Shown: positions 50,801-61,079 of the stretch, one piece after another
Layout of the letters: every line of letters starts with the position of its first letter
Numbering within the stretch: position 1 is the stretch's first letter
Assembly: GCA_963666985.2 (NCBI GenBank)
Contig: CAXXIA010000003.1
Span: 96,001-160,000 of the forward strand
DNA length: 64,000 nt
DNA from: Spirochaetia bacterium
Lineage (GTDB): Bacteria > Spirochaetota > Spirochaetia > DSM-2461
Direction of reading: 5' to 3'
Notes under the pieces: model-generated
Seen by the model: only the letters and a program-made list of their open reading frames with translations
Database searches by the model: none
Told to the model about the DNA's origin: nothing
Program-made: the position numbers and the translations under genes

Positions 50801-52515
50801 ATGCGGGCGATTTTCCGGCCGCCGCACCGGCGGGAACGCAAATCGCCGAGGACGACCGCTCAGCAGTTCCCGATGGGATTGACGCCGCCGAGAAACCGGC
50901 CTCTCCGGCCCGCCTCGATAATCCGGAAACGGCCGCCGCTCTTTCGGCTTTCTGGATTTCCGGCCGGGGACCCCTTCCCGTCGAGAAGATTCTTGAATCG
51001 TTCGGGATTTCCCCGAACTCGGCGGCGGCCGGCGAGATCATCCGTAACTGGGAAGAACAAGAGAACCTTATCTTCGACACCGTGAGTCAAGATTCCGCGG
51101 ATGAAGAGATGTGCGATTCGGAGGGTCTTGAGATTCTTCTCCGCTGGAAACGGCGGCAAAACAGAAATGCGGATGCGCCTCTTCCGATCGATCGTCTGCC
51201 CGCGTTCTTGGCGTATCATCAGGGATTCGATGCCGCACCGGCGGGCGAAGAACATCTGGCAAAGATATTGGCGAATCTTGACGGACTTCCCGCTTCGGCC
51301 GCGCTCTGGGAAACGGCGATTTTTCCGACTCGGACTCCATTTTATCGTCCGAAGGAACTGGACGATCTCGTACGCCGGGAAGAGGTGATGTGGGTGGGAG
51401 CCGGCAGGAATCAAATCTCTTTTCTGACGTCCTCAGGCGGCTGGCGCTTTCCTTCGCCCCAGGCTGATGAAGCGGCTGAACACAGCCTGCGGTACGATGA
51501 GGCATTCCCGCTTCCCGGTTCCGCGCGCAAGGGATTCTGGGAAATCGCGGACGCTCTGGAATTAGACAGCGCGCAGGCCGTCCGGGCCATCTGGGATCGT
51601 GTCTGGTCCGGCCGGCTCACCGCGGATGACGCGGGGGTTCTCCGAAGAGCCGTCGCGTCCGGATTCAAGGCGCCTTCCGCCGCCGGCAGCTCCAATCGGG
51701 GGGGAGCAAGAACTCCGCCGCAAGGTCTCGGCCCCGGTTCAATCCCGCCGCTCTCCGGTTCGCCGCTCTCCGGATCGGCGGCTTCGGGCTCGAACGCCGG
51801 GAAAGGAGGTTTCCGCGGCTGGATGGCGGGACGGCCTCTGGAGGGACGGTGGTATGCTCCCGCTTACGCCGAAGAGCCTTCCGACCCCATGGAATCGGAC
51901 CAGCTTCTTCGGGAACGGATCAGGATGCTTCTGAAGCGCTATGGGGTGATTTCACGGCCTCTGCTCGAACGGGAAATCCCGCCTCTGCGATGGCCGGCTC
52001 TGGCCGGAACGCTGGCCTTAATGGAACTGAGCGATGAGGTGATCGGCGGGATGTGGTTTGACGGACTGCCGATGCCCCAGTTCCTTGCGCCCGAATCCCT
52101 TCCGGCATGGCGCGCCGACGCATCGCCTCGGGGCGGATGGTTCCTCGACGCCTCCGATCCCGCCTCTCCCTGCGGCCTTGCCGATATCGCCTCTCTCCCG
52201 CCGAGGAGAGAGGGTACCTGGATCGTCTGGAATAAGACGGGGCAACTCGATTTTATCTTAAGTCCCGGACGCAAACGGCTGGAGCGCCCGCATTCGGCCG
52301 CGAGAAGCGAAGACAAGGGAACGGCTGAAGCTCTGGGCCGCACGGCGGCATTGCTCACCGAAAGGGAAATCGCTCCTCTTCCGCGCTTAAGCATACGCGA
52401 CTGGAACGGAAAGGAACCCGACGGTGCGGATTTGAAAATATTGGAAGCCGCCGGTTTTCGTCCGGGAGGTTCCGGAGATTGGATTTACAGACCGCGCCCC
52501 ATCGGGATGCGCTGA
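47869..52515 (+). CDS. lhr: Lhr-family ATP-dependent SF2 helicase
   Basis: APTGSGKT, YISPLKAL, ITTPESL, DEIH, HHGSLS, SLELGIDIG, QRAGRAGH and C-terminal LLKRYGVISR..DPASP motifs. Confidence 0.93.
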   Translation: MNLPLSEPTKDWFLRRYGRPTAVQIGAWKASSAQDHLLAVAPTGSGKTFAAFLTALDGFYSGKIAPGALRVLYISPLKALGTDIKENLTGPLRELRKVHDEKGTKAPEIRIGIRNGDTTPSERRRQIAEPPEILITTPESLNILLLSDGGRRILSTVEICILDEIHAVAPTGRGTLLACALERLADLAGEFQRIGLTATVRPLERAAEFLGGFMPSDSAGSTLIPRPVTIVAPPSEKKILISVEPLPAPPPDADHPDPEGFWKDIARRVRQSVKEHRSTLAFLDSRKWAEKTACLINEGEEEILAWAHHGSLSKDMRRLVETRLKKGELKAVVATGSLELGIDIGPLDEVLMLGSPASPSAALQRAGRAGHRPESPSRARIFPVTPSDLLASAVLSKMSENGEIEALRIPENPLDLLAQVLLTLCAEKGRTAEELWNLIRRSWPFRNLPRKSFDSVLTMIMGRYAETRIATLRPQIYKDGELLVARPGTRMRLYSGGGAIPDLGLFAVKARGIEGTIGSLDEKFVWESRTGMVFHMGNRRWRIVEINDREVQVIPTDEAISTDPFWRAEARDRDEDYSRRVAELLETAEELLAAEGQSEPDVSSSDPLTALLQTDWNLSDKAAFQLADYLENQRRKSGVPLPHRRHIVAESAAAPETGADPEARILFLHTFLGGRVNRPLSLALQAAWEKQSPIPVYPIVTDEVIAFSLTDRDIESFVSLFYGLSDPETLIRRVLEATPFFGGRFREAAGRAMLLPASTPSRRRPLWITRQRSRMLMEAVLPYPDFPILAEAWRCTLNDMFAMDALEDVLEGIRSGDIRISIIRTAAPSPFARNAVRRREAVRMTSNMQDQSDARLISRLDDGEIRRLKKAGILKPNIPENLIRRLDGRRRRLEEGLAPGSVEALKAWIAEREAFDAADWEQTVAAASRDSGLNAADLEKAVKKAVVKTRLGPGKKPWVIAADRAEEWEAAFAERSADAGDFPAAAPAGTQIAEDDRSAVPDGIDAAEKPASPARLDNPETAAALSAFWISGRGPLPVEKILESFGISPNSAAAGEIIRNWEEQENLIFDTVSQDSADEEMCDSEGLEILLRWKRRQNRNADAPLPIDRLPAFLAYHQGFDAAPAGEEHLAKILANLDGLPASAALWETAIFPTRTPFYRPKELDDLVRREEVMWVGAGRNQISFLTSSGGWRFPSPQADEAAEHSLRYDEAFPLPGSARKGFWEIADALELDSAQAVRAIWDRVWSGRLTADDAGVLRRAVASGFKAPSAAGSSNRGGARTPPQGLGPGSIPPLSGSPLSGSAASGSNAGKGGFRGWMAGRPLEGRWYAPAYAEEPSDPMESDQLLRERIRMLLKRYGVISRPLLEREIPPLRWPALAGTLALMELSDEVIGGMWFDGLPMPQFLAPESLPAWRADASPRGGWFLDASDPASPCGLADIASLPPRREGTWIVWNKTGQLDFILSPGRKRLERPHSAARSEDKGTAEALGRTAALLTEREIAPLPRLSIRDWNGKEPDGADLKILEAAGFRPGGSGDWIYRPRPIGMR

Positions 52516-52731
52516 AGCAAAGCCGAGATTCCTCAGAACCCGCTTCGGCAGGGCTTTGTTTCAAAAAACGCTGATTGTTGACATCACCTCAAAAAGAAAA
52601 AACTCGGCATTCGGCCTATGAAGCACCCCTAACAGGCTGTTGAAAGCTCCCGAGAAAATCCCGCAAAGATTCCGCGACGATTTTTTTCTCCCGACGGGCA
52701 ACTTCTTTATCCGGCACTTCGCGGCGAGTTA

Positions 52732-54150
52732 TTACCCGTCTTTGGCAATCCGGCGGCTCAGCGTGGATTGGTTCACCCCGAGAAGCCGGGAAGCCAGCGA
52801 CTGATTCCCGTCGGCCTTTTCCAGAGCCGCCTCAAAAACAATATCGTTGATTTCCTTGACCGTGGGAAAATGTCCGAAAATGCGAACCAAGCCGTTATAA
52901 TCCAGATCCGCGAATTCCGGAACACTCTCGGTGATATCCGGAACATCGGCGTTCCCAATAAGATCGCGAAACGGCTTCAGATTCAATACGGTTCCGGAGG
53001 TTCGGCTTAACGCATCGAACACAAGAGAATGAAGTTCTCTGACGTTGCCGGCAAAACCGTAAAGACTGAGAAGAGGTTCCAGTTCCGGAGGGATTCGAGG
53101 CGGTTTCCGACCGAGTTCTTTCGCGGCTTCGCCCACGAAAGCATGAACAAGAGGCATCAAATCTTCCTTTCTCTCCCTTAAAGGCGGAAGCGTCACATGA
53201 TGGGCAATCAATCTGAAATAAAGATCCCGGCGGAAGGCTCCTTCTTCAATGCGGTTCGGAAGATCGGCGCAGGTGGCCGCGACAATGCGGGCATCGGTGG
53301 TTTCGGGAGTGTCCGAGCCCAGAGGATAATATTCTTTTTCCTGAAGGAGTCTGAGCAGTTTCACCTGTGATGCCGGAGCCAAATCGCCGATTTCATCAAG
53401 AAACAGAGTGCCGCCGGCCGCGCGCTCCACCAATCCGGAGCGCTCATCGCCGGCATCGGTGAACGCGCCCTTCTTATGGCCGAAAAGCGTGTCGGAAAAA
53501 AGGGCATCATCCAGACCGGCGGCGTTCACCGTTACAATCCGGCCGGTTCTGCCGCTCGCCTTATGAATGGCGCGGGCCAAGAGTTCCTTGCCCGTACCGC
53601 TTTCTCCGGTAATCAGAACCGGCCGCGCCGTGGTAGCGACAGCCTCTATGTACTGAAAAACGGAAATCATGGAATCCGATTCGGTAACGAAAGAAGCGAA
53701 GGTATCGGGATTTTCAAGCGAATCCCTGTTCAGCACCCGGCTGCCCATGGCGGACAGTTCGCTGTTGAGTTCTCGCCAATCCAGCGCATGACGCACGGCC
53801 GTAATCAGACGAGTTCGATCCGGAGGCTTGTTTAAATAATCATAAGCTCCAATCTTCATGCATTTCACGGCGGTCTGCAAATCCTCATCGCCGGTAATCA
53901 TGATGACCGGAAGACCGGGATGGACTTCGGTAATCTCTTCAAGAACCTCAATTCCACTCTTGCCCGGCATCCCGATGTCCAAAAGGACGAGGCAGACACT
54001 ATTGTCGCGAAGACGGTCCCGAACCTCTCTGCCGTCGCTGGAAATAATGACATCCTCATATCCTTCGGAGCGGAGAATGGTTTCATAAAGAGCCAGTACG
54101 GCGATATCGTCATCAACAACGAGAATAAATTCCCGCTCTTTTTTACTCAT
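52732..54150 (-). CDS. Sigma54-dependent response regulator (NtrC family)
   Basis: REC (VVDDD, LLDIGMP), AAA+ (GESGTGKE, GAFTDA, LFLDEIG) and Fis HTH. Confidence 0.95.
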   Translation of the reverse strand: MSKKEREFILVVDDDIAVLALYETILRSEGYEDVIISSDGREVRDRLRDNSVCLVLLDIGMPGKSGIEVLEEITEVHPGLPVIMITGDEDLQTAVKCMKIGAYDYLNKPPDRTRLITAVRHALDWRELNSELSAMGSRVLNRDSLENPDTFASFVTESDSMISVFQYIEAVATTARPVLITGESGTGKELLARAIHKASGRTGRIVTVNAAGLDDALFSDTLFGHKKGAFTDAGDERSGLVERAAGGTLFLDEIGDLAPASQVKLLRLLQEKEYYPLGSDTPETTDARIVAATCADLPNRIEEGAFRRDLYFRLIAHHVTLPPLRERKEDLMPLVHAFVGEAAKELGRKPPRIPPELEPLLSLYGFAGNVRELHSLVFDALSRTSGTVLNLKPFRDLIGNADVPDITESVPEFADLDYNGLVRIFGHFPTVKEINDIVFEAALEKADGNQSLASRLLGVNQSTLSRRIAKDG

Positions 54151-54502
54151 AAGCAAATGCCTCTGTATCATTATCGTCCGTTTTTCTTTTACGGATGACT
54201 TTCCAAACCCGGAACACGAACGGAACGGAGACTGATCCCGCTTTTTTACCACCGGCCGGCACGAAACTCAGGCGGCCGGATCAAAAAAAATGACTTCGCC
54301 GGCTCTGATTAAAGTACGCCGAAATCGGCTGAGGAGCCCGAATAAAGCGGCGAAAGAAGCGGTCTTCGCCGAACAGCATGGAAAAAATCGCGAGAAAAAC
54401 CACCGAGTATGGATCAATCTCCGAAGGATGGGTTCATTCGGATTCGCCGAACCGTTTCTTCTTTGGTAGCCGCTCCGGGCGAGTCGTTTTATACTGCCTC
54501 GC

Positions 54503-55588
54503 ATGACAGATATGAGATCCGATACCGTTACCCGGCCAACCGAAGCGATGAGGAAAGCCATGGCCGCCGCCGAAGTGGGCGATGACGTCCTTGGGGAAGA
54601 TCCCACTATTAAGGCCTTACAGGAAAAGGCCGCGGAACTCACCGGCAAGGAAGCCGCACTCTTCGTTCCCTCCGGTACCTTCGCCAATCAGCTCGCCCTC
54701 TTCACTTGGGCACCTCGGGGCGGAGAGGTTTATCTGAACGAGAACACACACATCGTGCAGCACGAGGCGGGAGCTTCCTCCTACCTCAGTTCCGTCTTTC
54801 TCCGGCCGTTCCCTCCGGCCTCAAGCCCGTGGGCCGAATGGTCCGATTTCGCTCCGAGAATCCGTCCCGGAATCGACCAGCATTTTCCCATACCGGCCCT
54901 TATATGCCTGGAGAACGCCCTCTCCGACGGAACGGTCCAGCCGCTTGAAAGCATGGCCGCGGTAAAAAAGGGCGCCGAATCGAGGGGACTGCCGGTCCAT
55001 CTGGACGGAGCCAGAATTTTCAACGCGGCCCTGACTTTAGGAGTGGATGCAAAAGACATCGCGGCCCAAGCGGATTCGGTGATGTTCTGCATATCCAAAG
55101 GACTCGGGGCTCCGGTGGGAAGTCTGCTCTGCGGCCCAAAAGATTTCATCGATAAGGCATTTTTTAAAAGAAAAATTATGGGGGGCGGCATGCGCCAGGC
55201 AGGCATATTGGCCGCCGCCGGCCTCGTGGCGTTTGAGGAAGAACTCCCGAGGCTCGGAGAGGATCATGAAGCCGCGAAAAAACTGGCCCGCAGTTTCTCC
55301 GAATATAGTGAGATTTTCGAAGTGCTTACTCCGGAGCCGGATATCAACATGGTGTTTCTGAAACTGAAAGAAGGGGGAGCGGAACGGGAGAGCCTCTTCA
55401 TGAACCTCCTTTCGGAAGCCGGGATTCTTATCTACGGTTCCGATGTCTACGGCTCCGAGAGCGGTGTGTTCCGATTTGTTACCCATCGGGATTTAAAGCC
55501 GGACAATCTCCAACACATTTTTGATGTTCTTCCGGGGATCGCGGATAAATTGGCCGCGCCGAACAGAGGAAAATCCGCTAACCAATGA
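54503..55588 (+). CDS. ltaE: Low-specificity L-threonine aldolase
   Basis: DMRSDTVTRPT, VGDDVLGEDPT, HLDGARIFNA, CISKGLGAPVGS and GGGMRQAG motifs. Confidence 0.95.
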   Translation: MTDMRSDTVTRPTEAMRKAMAAAEVGDDVLGEDPTIKALQEKAAELTGKEAALFVPSGTFANQLALFTWAPRGGEVYLNENTHIVQHEAGASSYLSSVFLRPFPPASSPWAEWSDFAPRIRPGIDQHFPIPALICLENALSDGTVQPLESMAAVKKGAESRGLPVHLDGARIFNAALTLGVDAKDIAAQADSVMFCISKGLGAPVGSLLCGPKDFIDKAFFKRKIMGGGMRQAGILAAAGLVAFEEELPRLGEDHEAAKKLARSFSEYSEIFEVLTPEPDINMVFLKLKEGGAERESLFMNLLSEAGILIYGSDVYGSESGVFRFVTHRDLKPDNLQHIFDVLPGIADKLAAPNRGKSANQ

Positions 55589-56091
55589 ATCACGAAGATT
55601 TTCAGCTTTTTGTCGATCTCGATGGTGTTCTCGTTGATTTTGATGCGGGCGTACGCCGAGCGACGGGGAAAGACCCCGCTGAGCTCCATCCGAAATCCAT
55701 GTGGCCCGTTCTTGCAAAAACACCTGGATTCTACGACGCTCTGGAGTGGACGCCGGACGGCCGAAAGCTCTGGAACGCCGTTAAACCTTTCGGACCGGCG
55801 ATTCTGACGGGGCTGCCGCTTGGCAAATGGGCGGAACGGCAGAAACGTTCCTGGTGTTTGCGCGAATTGGGGCAAAACGTGCCGGTGGTTACCGGTTTGG
55901 CCCGCCATAAAGCGGAACTCGCGGCCGAATGGCTCGAAGTGAACGGCCTCGCGGACAAGGTGCCCGTTCTCATTGACGACCGGCTGAAAATCAGGGAAGA
56001 CTGGGAATCTGCGGGCGGGCGGTTCATTCTGCATCTGAACACGGAAAGTTCTCTCGAAGCTCTCGGAAACCTGGGATTTCCCATAGATTGA
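55585..56091 (+). CDS. HAD-superfamily 5'(3')-nucleotidase-like protein
   Basis: FVDLDGVLVDF, ILTG and LIDDR....W...GG motifs. Confidence 0.8.
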   Translation: MNHEDFQLFVDLDGVLVDFDAGVRRATGKDPAELHPKSMWPVLAKTPGFYDALEWTPDGRKLWNAVKPFGPAILTGLPLGKWAERQKRSWCLRELGQNVPVVTGLARHKAELAAEWLEVNGLADKVPVLIDDRLKIREDWESAGGRFILHLNTESSLEALGNLGFPID

Positions 56092-56175
56092 TTTCTCCGT
56101 GAAGACGCGCCGCGGCCATAACCGATATCATCGGTTCGAACGAAAGGCCGCCGCGGCCTGAGAACTCTTTCGGGA

Positions 56176-56883
56176 TTACGCCCTTAGAATGGCGAAGAGA
56201 TCCTCCCATCGGGATATTTCGTATGTCGGTCGGTTCGGGCCGTTGTTCGCAGAGCGTGAAGGATTGAACCAGCAGGTATCAAGTCCGTATCCGATACCGC
56301 CCGCGATATCGGAACTCAAGGAATCACCGATAACGAGAATCGACTCCCGGGGAACATCACCGAGCCGTTCCATCACGTAATCAAAGAAAACGGAAGACGG
56401 TTTGGCGGCTCCCGCGGTTTCGGAAACCACGATATGGGAGAAATCATCCAAAATACCGGCCTGTTTCAGCCGTCCGAATTGGGTGTCTCTGATGCCGTTG
56501 GTGATAATGGCTTTGGAGATTTGTTTCGGAAGATCTTCAAGCATCTCGCGGGCGCCTTCGATCATGAAACCCGACCGGGCCAGTTCTTCCAAGTACACGC
56601 CGCTGAAACGCTCGGCGTCGAGTTTTACGCCCAAATATTCGGCAAGCCGTTCAAATCGAAGAACGCGAAGCCTCTCCGATGAGATTTCGCCCTTCTCCAA
56701 TTCCCTCCAGAGCGCCGCGTTGATTTCCCGATAGGCTTCCCGAATCTCAGACGTGGTTTCCAGGCCGAACGAAGCGGCGGCCGTTCGAAGGGCGGAGTCT
56801 TCCGAGGCGTCATAATCCAAAAGTGTTCCGTCGGCATCAAAAAGGAGCCACGTATAGCGGCGGGTGTGTTCGGGTGTGTTCAT
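56176..56883 (-). CDS. YjjG-family HAD pyrimidine nucleotidase
   Basis: LFDADGTLLDY, INAALW, ITNG, KPS and IGDSLSSDIAGG motifs. Confidence 0.9.
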   Translation of the reverse strand: MNTPEHTRRYTWLLFDADGTLLDYDASEDSALRTAAASFGLETTSEIREAYREINAALWRELEKGEISSERLRVLRFERLAEYLGVKLDAERFSGVYLEELARSGFMIEGAREMLEDLPKQISKAIITNGIRDTQFGRLKQAGILDDFSHIVVSETAGAAKPSSVFFDYVMERLGDVPRESILVIGDSLSSDIAGGIGYGLDTCWFNPSRSANNGPNRPTYEISRWEDLFAILRA

Positions 56884-57156
56884 ATGGGATAATGGACGGA
56901 TTCTTCTCTTTGGTTCAACCGGGGCCCGTTCTCTTCACACGATTCGCGGACGATGGTTCCGAAGCGCCGATTTTCCGCAGGCTGCCGAGGCGGCCGGCGG
57001 ATGAACCGCAGCCCGGATCGAAGCGGTTACGGCCCCGACCGGCCCCGGCGGAGCGGACGAGCGAAGCCGGAGAAAGCCGGGCGGAATAGGCCGTTTGAGC
57101 GGAGAGCCGGATAAGCCGCCCTAAAAACAACTTCCCTCCGGACCGAACCTAAGATT

Positions 57157-58518
57157 CTACTTCAAATACGAAAGCCATTTGCTTTGAGCCTGAAGCATAC
57201 CGTCCACCATGTTCTTCATGCCGTGAAATTTATCCACCATGGGACAGGCGAGAACGGCCTGAAGAACCAAATCCCGGCTCCCCGTAAGAACGGCTTCGGC
57301 GGTAAGGTCGTAAACACCGACGTAATTTCGAAGCAGCGCGGCGAATCCCTTGGGGTACGTGTCGAACCGAACGGCCGAAACACCCTTACGGTCGATAATC
57401 CCGGGCACTTCCACGGCGATGTCGTCGGGCAGGGAAGGAATCGCGCCTTTATTCATAACATTCACGGCGGCTTCTTCATAACCGGAATCGGAAACAATTC
57501 CGTCCATAATCGGTACAACCCGTTCATGCAGTTCCAATGTAATCTCCGAGCGGTCCGTTTCCGTCAGGGCATGGCGGTAGAAGGCGTAAAAATCCAAAAT
57601 TCCCTGATGATCGGCGGCATCCCGAGCCCAGGCGATATACTCTCCCAGATGGCTGTCCACGGTAATCGGCAGCAGTCCGTAGGTATCGAGAATCGCTTTA
57701 AAGAGCGTCCGATCCGACCAGGGCCGGGAAGAGGTTTCTCTGTCGATCTTCCATTTCTCGGCCGCGCCTTCGGTTTCCGGAGTAAGGCCGGTACGCTGAG
57801 TATATTCCCAGGCGTCCGAGTATCCGGGCTCGACTTCAAAAAAAGAGGGTGCTTTCTCCATGATGTCCGGATAGGCATCGTTCCCGGAATCCGCATACCG
57901 CGCCTCAAGAAGCACGCTGAAGTGATTCAATCCGGCGGCCCGCATTCTCAAGTTTTCCGCCGGAGTATCGAGAATGGTCGGCAGGTAGCGCTTGAGGGAG
58001 GCGATTTCATGGCACATGCCGACGAATTTCATTTCCGGATATTTACGGAGAACGGCGGTGGTAACGGCCGTCATGGGATTCGAATAATTGAAGACGACGG
58101 CATCCGGACAGATTTTTGCGACATCGTCGCAGATTTCCAGAATAACCGGGGTAATCCGGAGCGCATGGAAGATTCCGCCGGGACCGCCGTTCTCACCGTA
58201 AACCTGGGCGATGCCGTACTGCATGGGGATTTTCCAATCCATGTCCCACAGCTGGAACCGATTGCCGACCTCGATGGAGATAAGAACGAAATCCGCCCCT
58301 TGGAGAGCTTTCCGCCGGTCCGTTGTCGCGCTCAGGGTAAAATCAAGTCCTTTCGCTTTAATAAAATCGGAGGCCGTACGATAAACGCTATCCAATGTTT
58401 TACTGTTGATATCAACCAGCGAAACTTCGGCACCTTTTAAAACGGAACTCTGAAAGATATCTCCCAGGGTTCCGTATCCGAACTGAGCACTGCCTGCCCC
58501 GAATAAGACAATTTTCAT
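57157..58518 (-). CDS. GH4 NAD-dependent alpha-glycosidase
   Basis: GAGSAQFG, GENGGPGG, NYSNP, GMCHE and AGLNHF motifs. Confidence 0.92.
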   Translation of the reverse strand: MKIVLFGAGSAQFGYGTLGDIFQSSVLKGAEVSLVDINSKTLDSVYRTASDFIKAKGLDFTLSATTDRRKALQGADFVLISIEVGNRFQLWDMDWKIPMQYGIAQVYGENGGPGGIFHALRITPVILEICDDVAKICPDAVVFNYSNPMTAVTTAVLRKYPEMKFVGMCHEIASLKRYLPTILDTPAENLRMRAAGLNHFSVLLEARYADSGNDAYPDIMEKAPSFFEVEPGYSDAWEYTQRTGLTPETEGAAEKWKIDRETSSRPWSDRTLFKAILDTYGLLPITVDSHLGEYIAWARDAADHQGILDFYAFYRHALTETDRSEITLELHERVVPIMDGIVSDSGYEEAAVNVMNKGAIPSLPDDIAVEVPGIIDRKGVSAVRFDTYPKGFAALLRNYVGVYDLTAEAVLTGSRDLVLQAVLACPMVDKFHGMKNMVDGMLQAQSKWLSYLK

Positions 58519-58590
58519 TTTCTTATCTCACTTTCCTTGAAATGTATCGTCGGAGAGACTCTCCGCGATTCTCTTTATGTTCTCGCTTCT

Positions 58591-60882
58591 TTACGTCCCG
58601 GATGAAGGAACACTGATTTTATCCTCAAGATTATAAACCGTTCCGTAAATCTCAACATCCGTCGACGGTCCGTCAACCAGATGAAGCGTGACTCCTTTTC
58701 GATCGGCGCGAACATCCATTGCCGATTGTCCGTAGCGGATTCGAAATCCCAGACTTTCCCAATTCCGCGGAAGGATCGGTGAAAAGGAAGGCATCGTGCC
58801 TTGGGGCCGGAAACCGCCGAACCCCCATACGACGGCCAGCCAAGTACCGCCCATGTTCGCGGCATGAATGCCGTCTTTCGTATTTCCGTGAGTATCGTCC
58901 AAATCCAGAGTCGCGGTTTTGGAAAAATACTCATAGGCTTTTTCGGCATCTCCGAGCCGGGCGGCCATGATGGAAAAAGCCGCATAGGAAAGCGAGGAGT
59001 CATGCGTTGTGACCTTCTCGTAATACTCGAAGCTGTTCCTGACTGTGGGATTCTTTCCATCGTCTCCCAGAAGAACATAAGCCAGGACGGTATCGGCCTG
59101 TTTGCAAACCTGATGCCGGGAGAGGGTCATATGATGATAATGGAGAAGAAGAGGATAATGATCTTCGGGCGTCGCCGCGAAATCCCAAACCGGCTTGCTG
59201 AGAAAAGAGGAATCCTGAGGATTCACATCCCGTTCCCGGTCGTAGAGAATAACCATGGCTTCGGAGGCGGCCTTCCAGGAAGCGGGTTCGTCATCTTCCA
59301 AATTTATACGCCGTTTAAGATTACTTAAGGCATCGCCGTATTGGGATTCCAAAAGAGTGTAGGCCGAAAGAGCCGTTGTGAGATTCTTTTGCGCCATGCG
59401 GTTGGTAAAATAGTTATCATTTATCAGGCATGTGTATTCATCCGGTCCGGTAACCGTGTGGATATGAAACTCATCTCCTGTAAAATTTCCCACTTCCATC
59501 CAGATTCTTGCCGTTTCAAAGAGAATCTCGGCGCCGTATTCGACAATAAAATCATCATCTTCCGTTGCTTCCCAATAACGCCACACGGCATAGGCGATAT
59601 CCGCGTTTATATGATATTGAGCGCTTCCCGACGGATAATACGCGGAACACTCCCTCCCGGTGATGGTTCTCCAGGGGAAAGCGGCGCCGCGCGCGTGCCC
59701 CATTTCCTTCGCGTGTTCTCTCGCCCCGGGCAGCGTGGCGTAGCGAAACTCCAGAAGACTTCTGGCGATTTGAGGTCTGGTATAAAGGAACAAGGGGAGC
59801 ATATAGGTCTCGGTGTCCCAAAAATAATGCCCCTCGTATCCCTCGCCGCTCAATCCTTTGGCCGGGATGCTTGCGGATGAATCGCGTGATGAGGACTGAA
59901 GAAGACAGAAAAGATTGAAACGCAGGGCTTCAAGCGTATGGTCGTCTCCTTCGATGGTGATACCCGCTTCCTCCCAGAATCTTCTGAGAAAAATCTCCTG
60001 TTCATCAACAAGACTCGCGAAACCTTCTTCAAGAAGTTCCCTCGCTTCAAAAAACTGAAAGGGGCAATCGTCATGCATTCTGGAATCCGCGTAACGGGCA
60101 ATCTTTGTAAGGGTCAGCGATTCACCGGCGGACATTTCCAAAGACCATTCGAATACCGTTTCATCATTATCCTCGAAAATCCCGTCGGGAAGTCTGCCGT
60201 ATCCCGTATTTCCGATACCGAGGCGATGATTAACGCATGTCCAGAGACGAAGCCCGAAATTTTTCGCTCTGGATTCCAGAATAACGCCGGATTGATCCGT
60301 TTCTTTGGAAACGACTTCCAACGGGGCGAAAGGCTCTCCCGAGACTCTGGGATCCGCGGCATCGAAGTAATTGCTCACGCGTGCGCGGACTGTCGATCGA
60401 ATGGTGAGAACGGCGGAATCAAGAGCCGTAATTTTATATTCGATTGCAAAGACTTCCCTTCGGACAAACGAGACAATTCGGCTTATGTCCGCACGGATTC
60501 TCTTCCCGTTCTCCCCTTTCCATGTGAAGCCGCGACCGGTTACGCCGCGCTTCATGTCGAGAAAACGCCGATAATCGCCGTGGTTTTTTTCACCGAGAAT
60601 CATCGATTCTCCATCGACGCCGACGGAAACGCCCTGAGCATCGGTGACATTCAGAATCTTTTCTCCGACCGTAGAAAAACCGTAGAGTTTTTCCGGATGG
60701 TGAATGGGATGTGTATCGAAGAATCCGTTGACATAGGAGCCGCGGATCTCTTTCACCCCTTTTGAATATCCCTCTTCGAAATTCCCTCGGACACCCAGAT
60801 AACCGTTTGCGGTATGAAAGAGCGTCTCCTCCAAGGGAAGTTTTTCGGGATTGAACGTATGGGTTTCCAGGATATAAGACAT
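58591..60882 (-). CDS. GH65 glycoside phosphorylase/hydrolase
   Basis: ANGYLGVRG, AKGLSGEGYEGHYFWDTE, GPDEY, KQAD and HDSSLS motifs. Confidence 0.95.
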   Translation of the reverse strand: MSYILETHTFNPEKLPLEETLFHTANGYLGVRGNFEEGYSKGVKEIRGSYVNGFFDTHPIHHPEKLYGFSTVGEKILNVTDAQGVSVGVDGESMILGEKNHGDYRRFLDMKRGVTGRGFTWKGENGKRIRADISRIVSFVRREVFAIEYKITALDSAVLTIRSTVRARVSNYFDAADPRVSGEPFAPLEVVSKETDQSGVILESRAKNFGLRLWTCVNHRLGIGNTGYGRLPDGIFEDNDETVFEWSLEMSAGESLTLTKIARYADSRMHDDCPFQFFEARELLEEGFASLVDEQEIFLRRFWEEAGITIEGDDHTLEALRFNLFCLLQSSSRDSSASIPAKGLSGEGYEGHYFWDTETYMLPLFLYTRPQIARSLLEFRYATLPGAREHAKEMGHARGAAFPWRTITGRECSAYYPSGSAQYHINADIAYAVWRYWEATEDDDFIVEYGAEILFETARIWMEVGNFTGDEFHIHTVTGPDEYTCLINDNYFTNRMAQKNLTTALSAYTLLESQYGDALSNLKRRINLEDDEPASWKAASEAMVILYDRERDVNPQDSSFLSKPVWDFAATPEDHYPLLLHYHHMTLSRHQVCKQADTVLAYVLLGDDGKNPTVRNSFEYYEKVTTHDSSLSYAAFSIMAARLGDAEKAYEYFSKTATLDLDDTHGNTKDGIHAANMGGTWLAVVWGFGGFRPQGTMPSFSPILPRNWESLGFRIRYGQSAMDVRADRKGVTLHLVDGPSTDVEIYGTVYNLEDKISVPSSGT

Positions 60883-60900
60883 GCAATCTCCAAAATTACA

Positions 60901-60914
60901 TGAAAGAACTTTCA
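60901..60914. promoter_or_regulatory. LacI-type operator 1
   Basis: TGAAAG-aa-CTTTCA palindrome just downstream of the GH65 promoter. Confidence 0.75.
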
Positions 60915-60915
60915 A

Positions 60916-60944
60916 ATAGTATGATCATACGGCGGATACGTCAA
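60916..60944 (-). promoter_or_regulatory. Putative sigma70 promoter of GH65-GH4
   Basis: On the minus strand, TTGACG-17 bp-TACTAT. Confidence 0.7.
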
Positions 60945-61038
60945 GTTTAACCATTTCGGGCGATTCAACAAGTTATTCGTTATTTTTTCCGAAAGTTTTT
61001 TATTGACGATCCCAAAAGCGGTGGTTTACCATAAGAAA

Positions 61039-61058
61039 TTATGAAAGCTCTTTCATAA
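61039..61058. promoter_or_regulatory. LacI-type operator 2
   Basis: TTATGAAAG-ct-CTTTCATAA palindrome downstream of TTGACG(61003)-18-TACCAT. Confidence 0.75.
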
Positions 61059-61079
61059 ATATTTTCAGTAGGCGGGGTT

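Noticed and set aside
47869..52515. Lhr helicase as part of an anti-phage defence island
   Set aside because: It looks like the ordinary housekeeping Lhr, and its neighbours are not defence or mobile genes.
56884..57156. GC-rich intergenic stretch (also 27270-27650 and 54170-54500) as an ncRNA or small gene
   Set aside because: No recognisable RNA family, repeat or credible ORF could be supported by eye.
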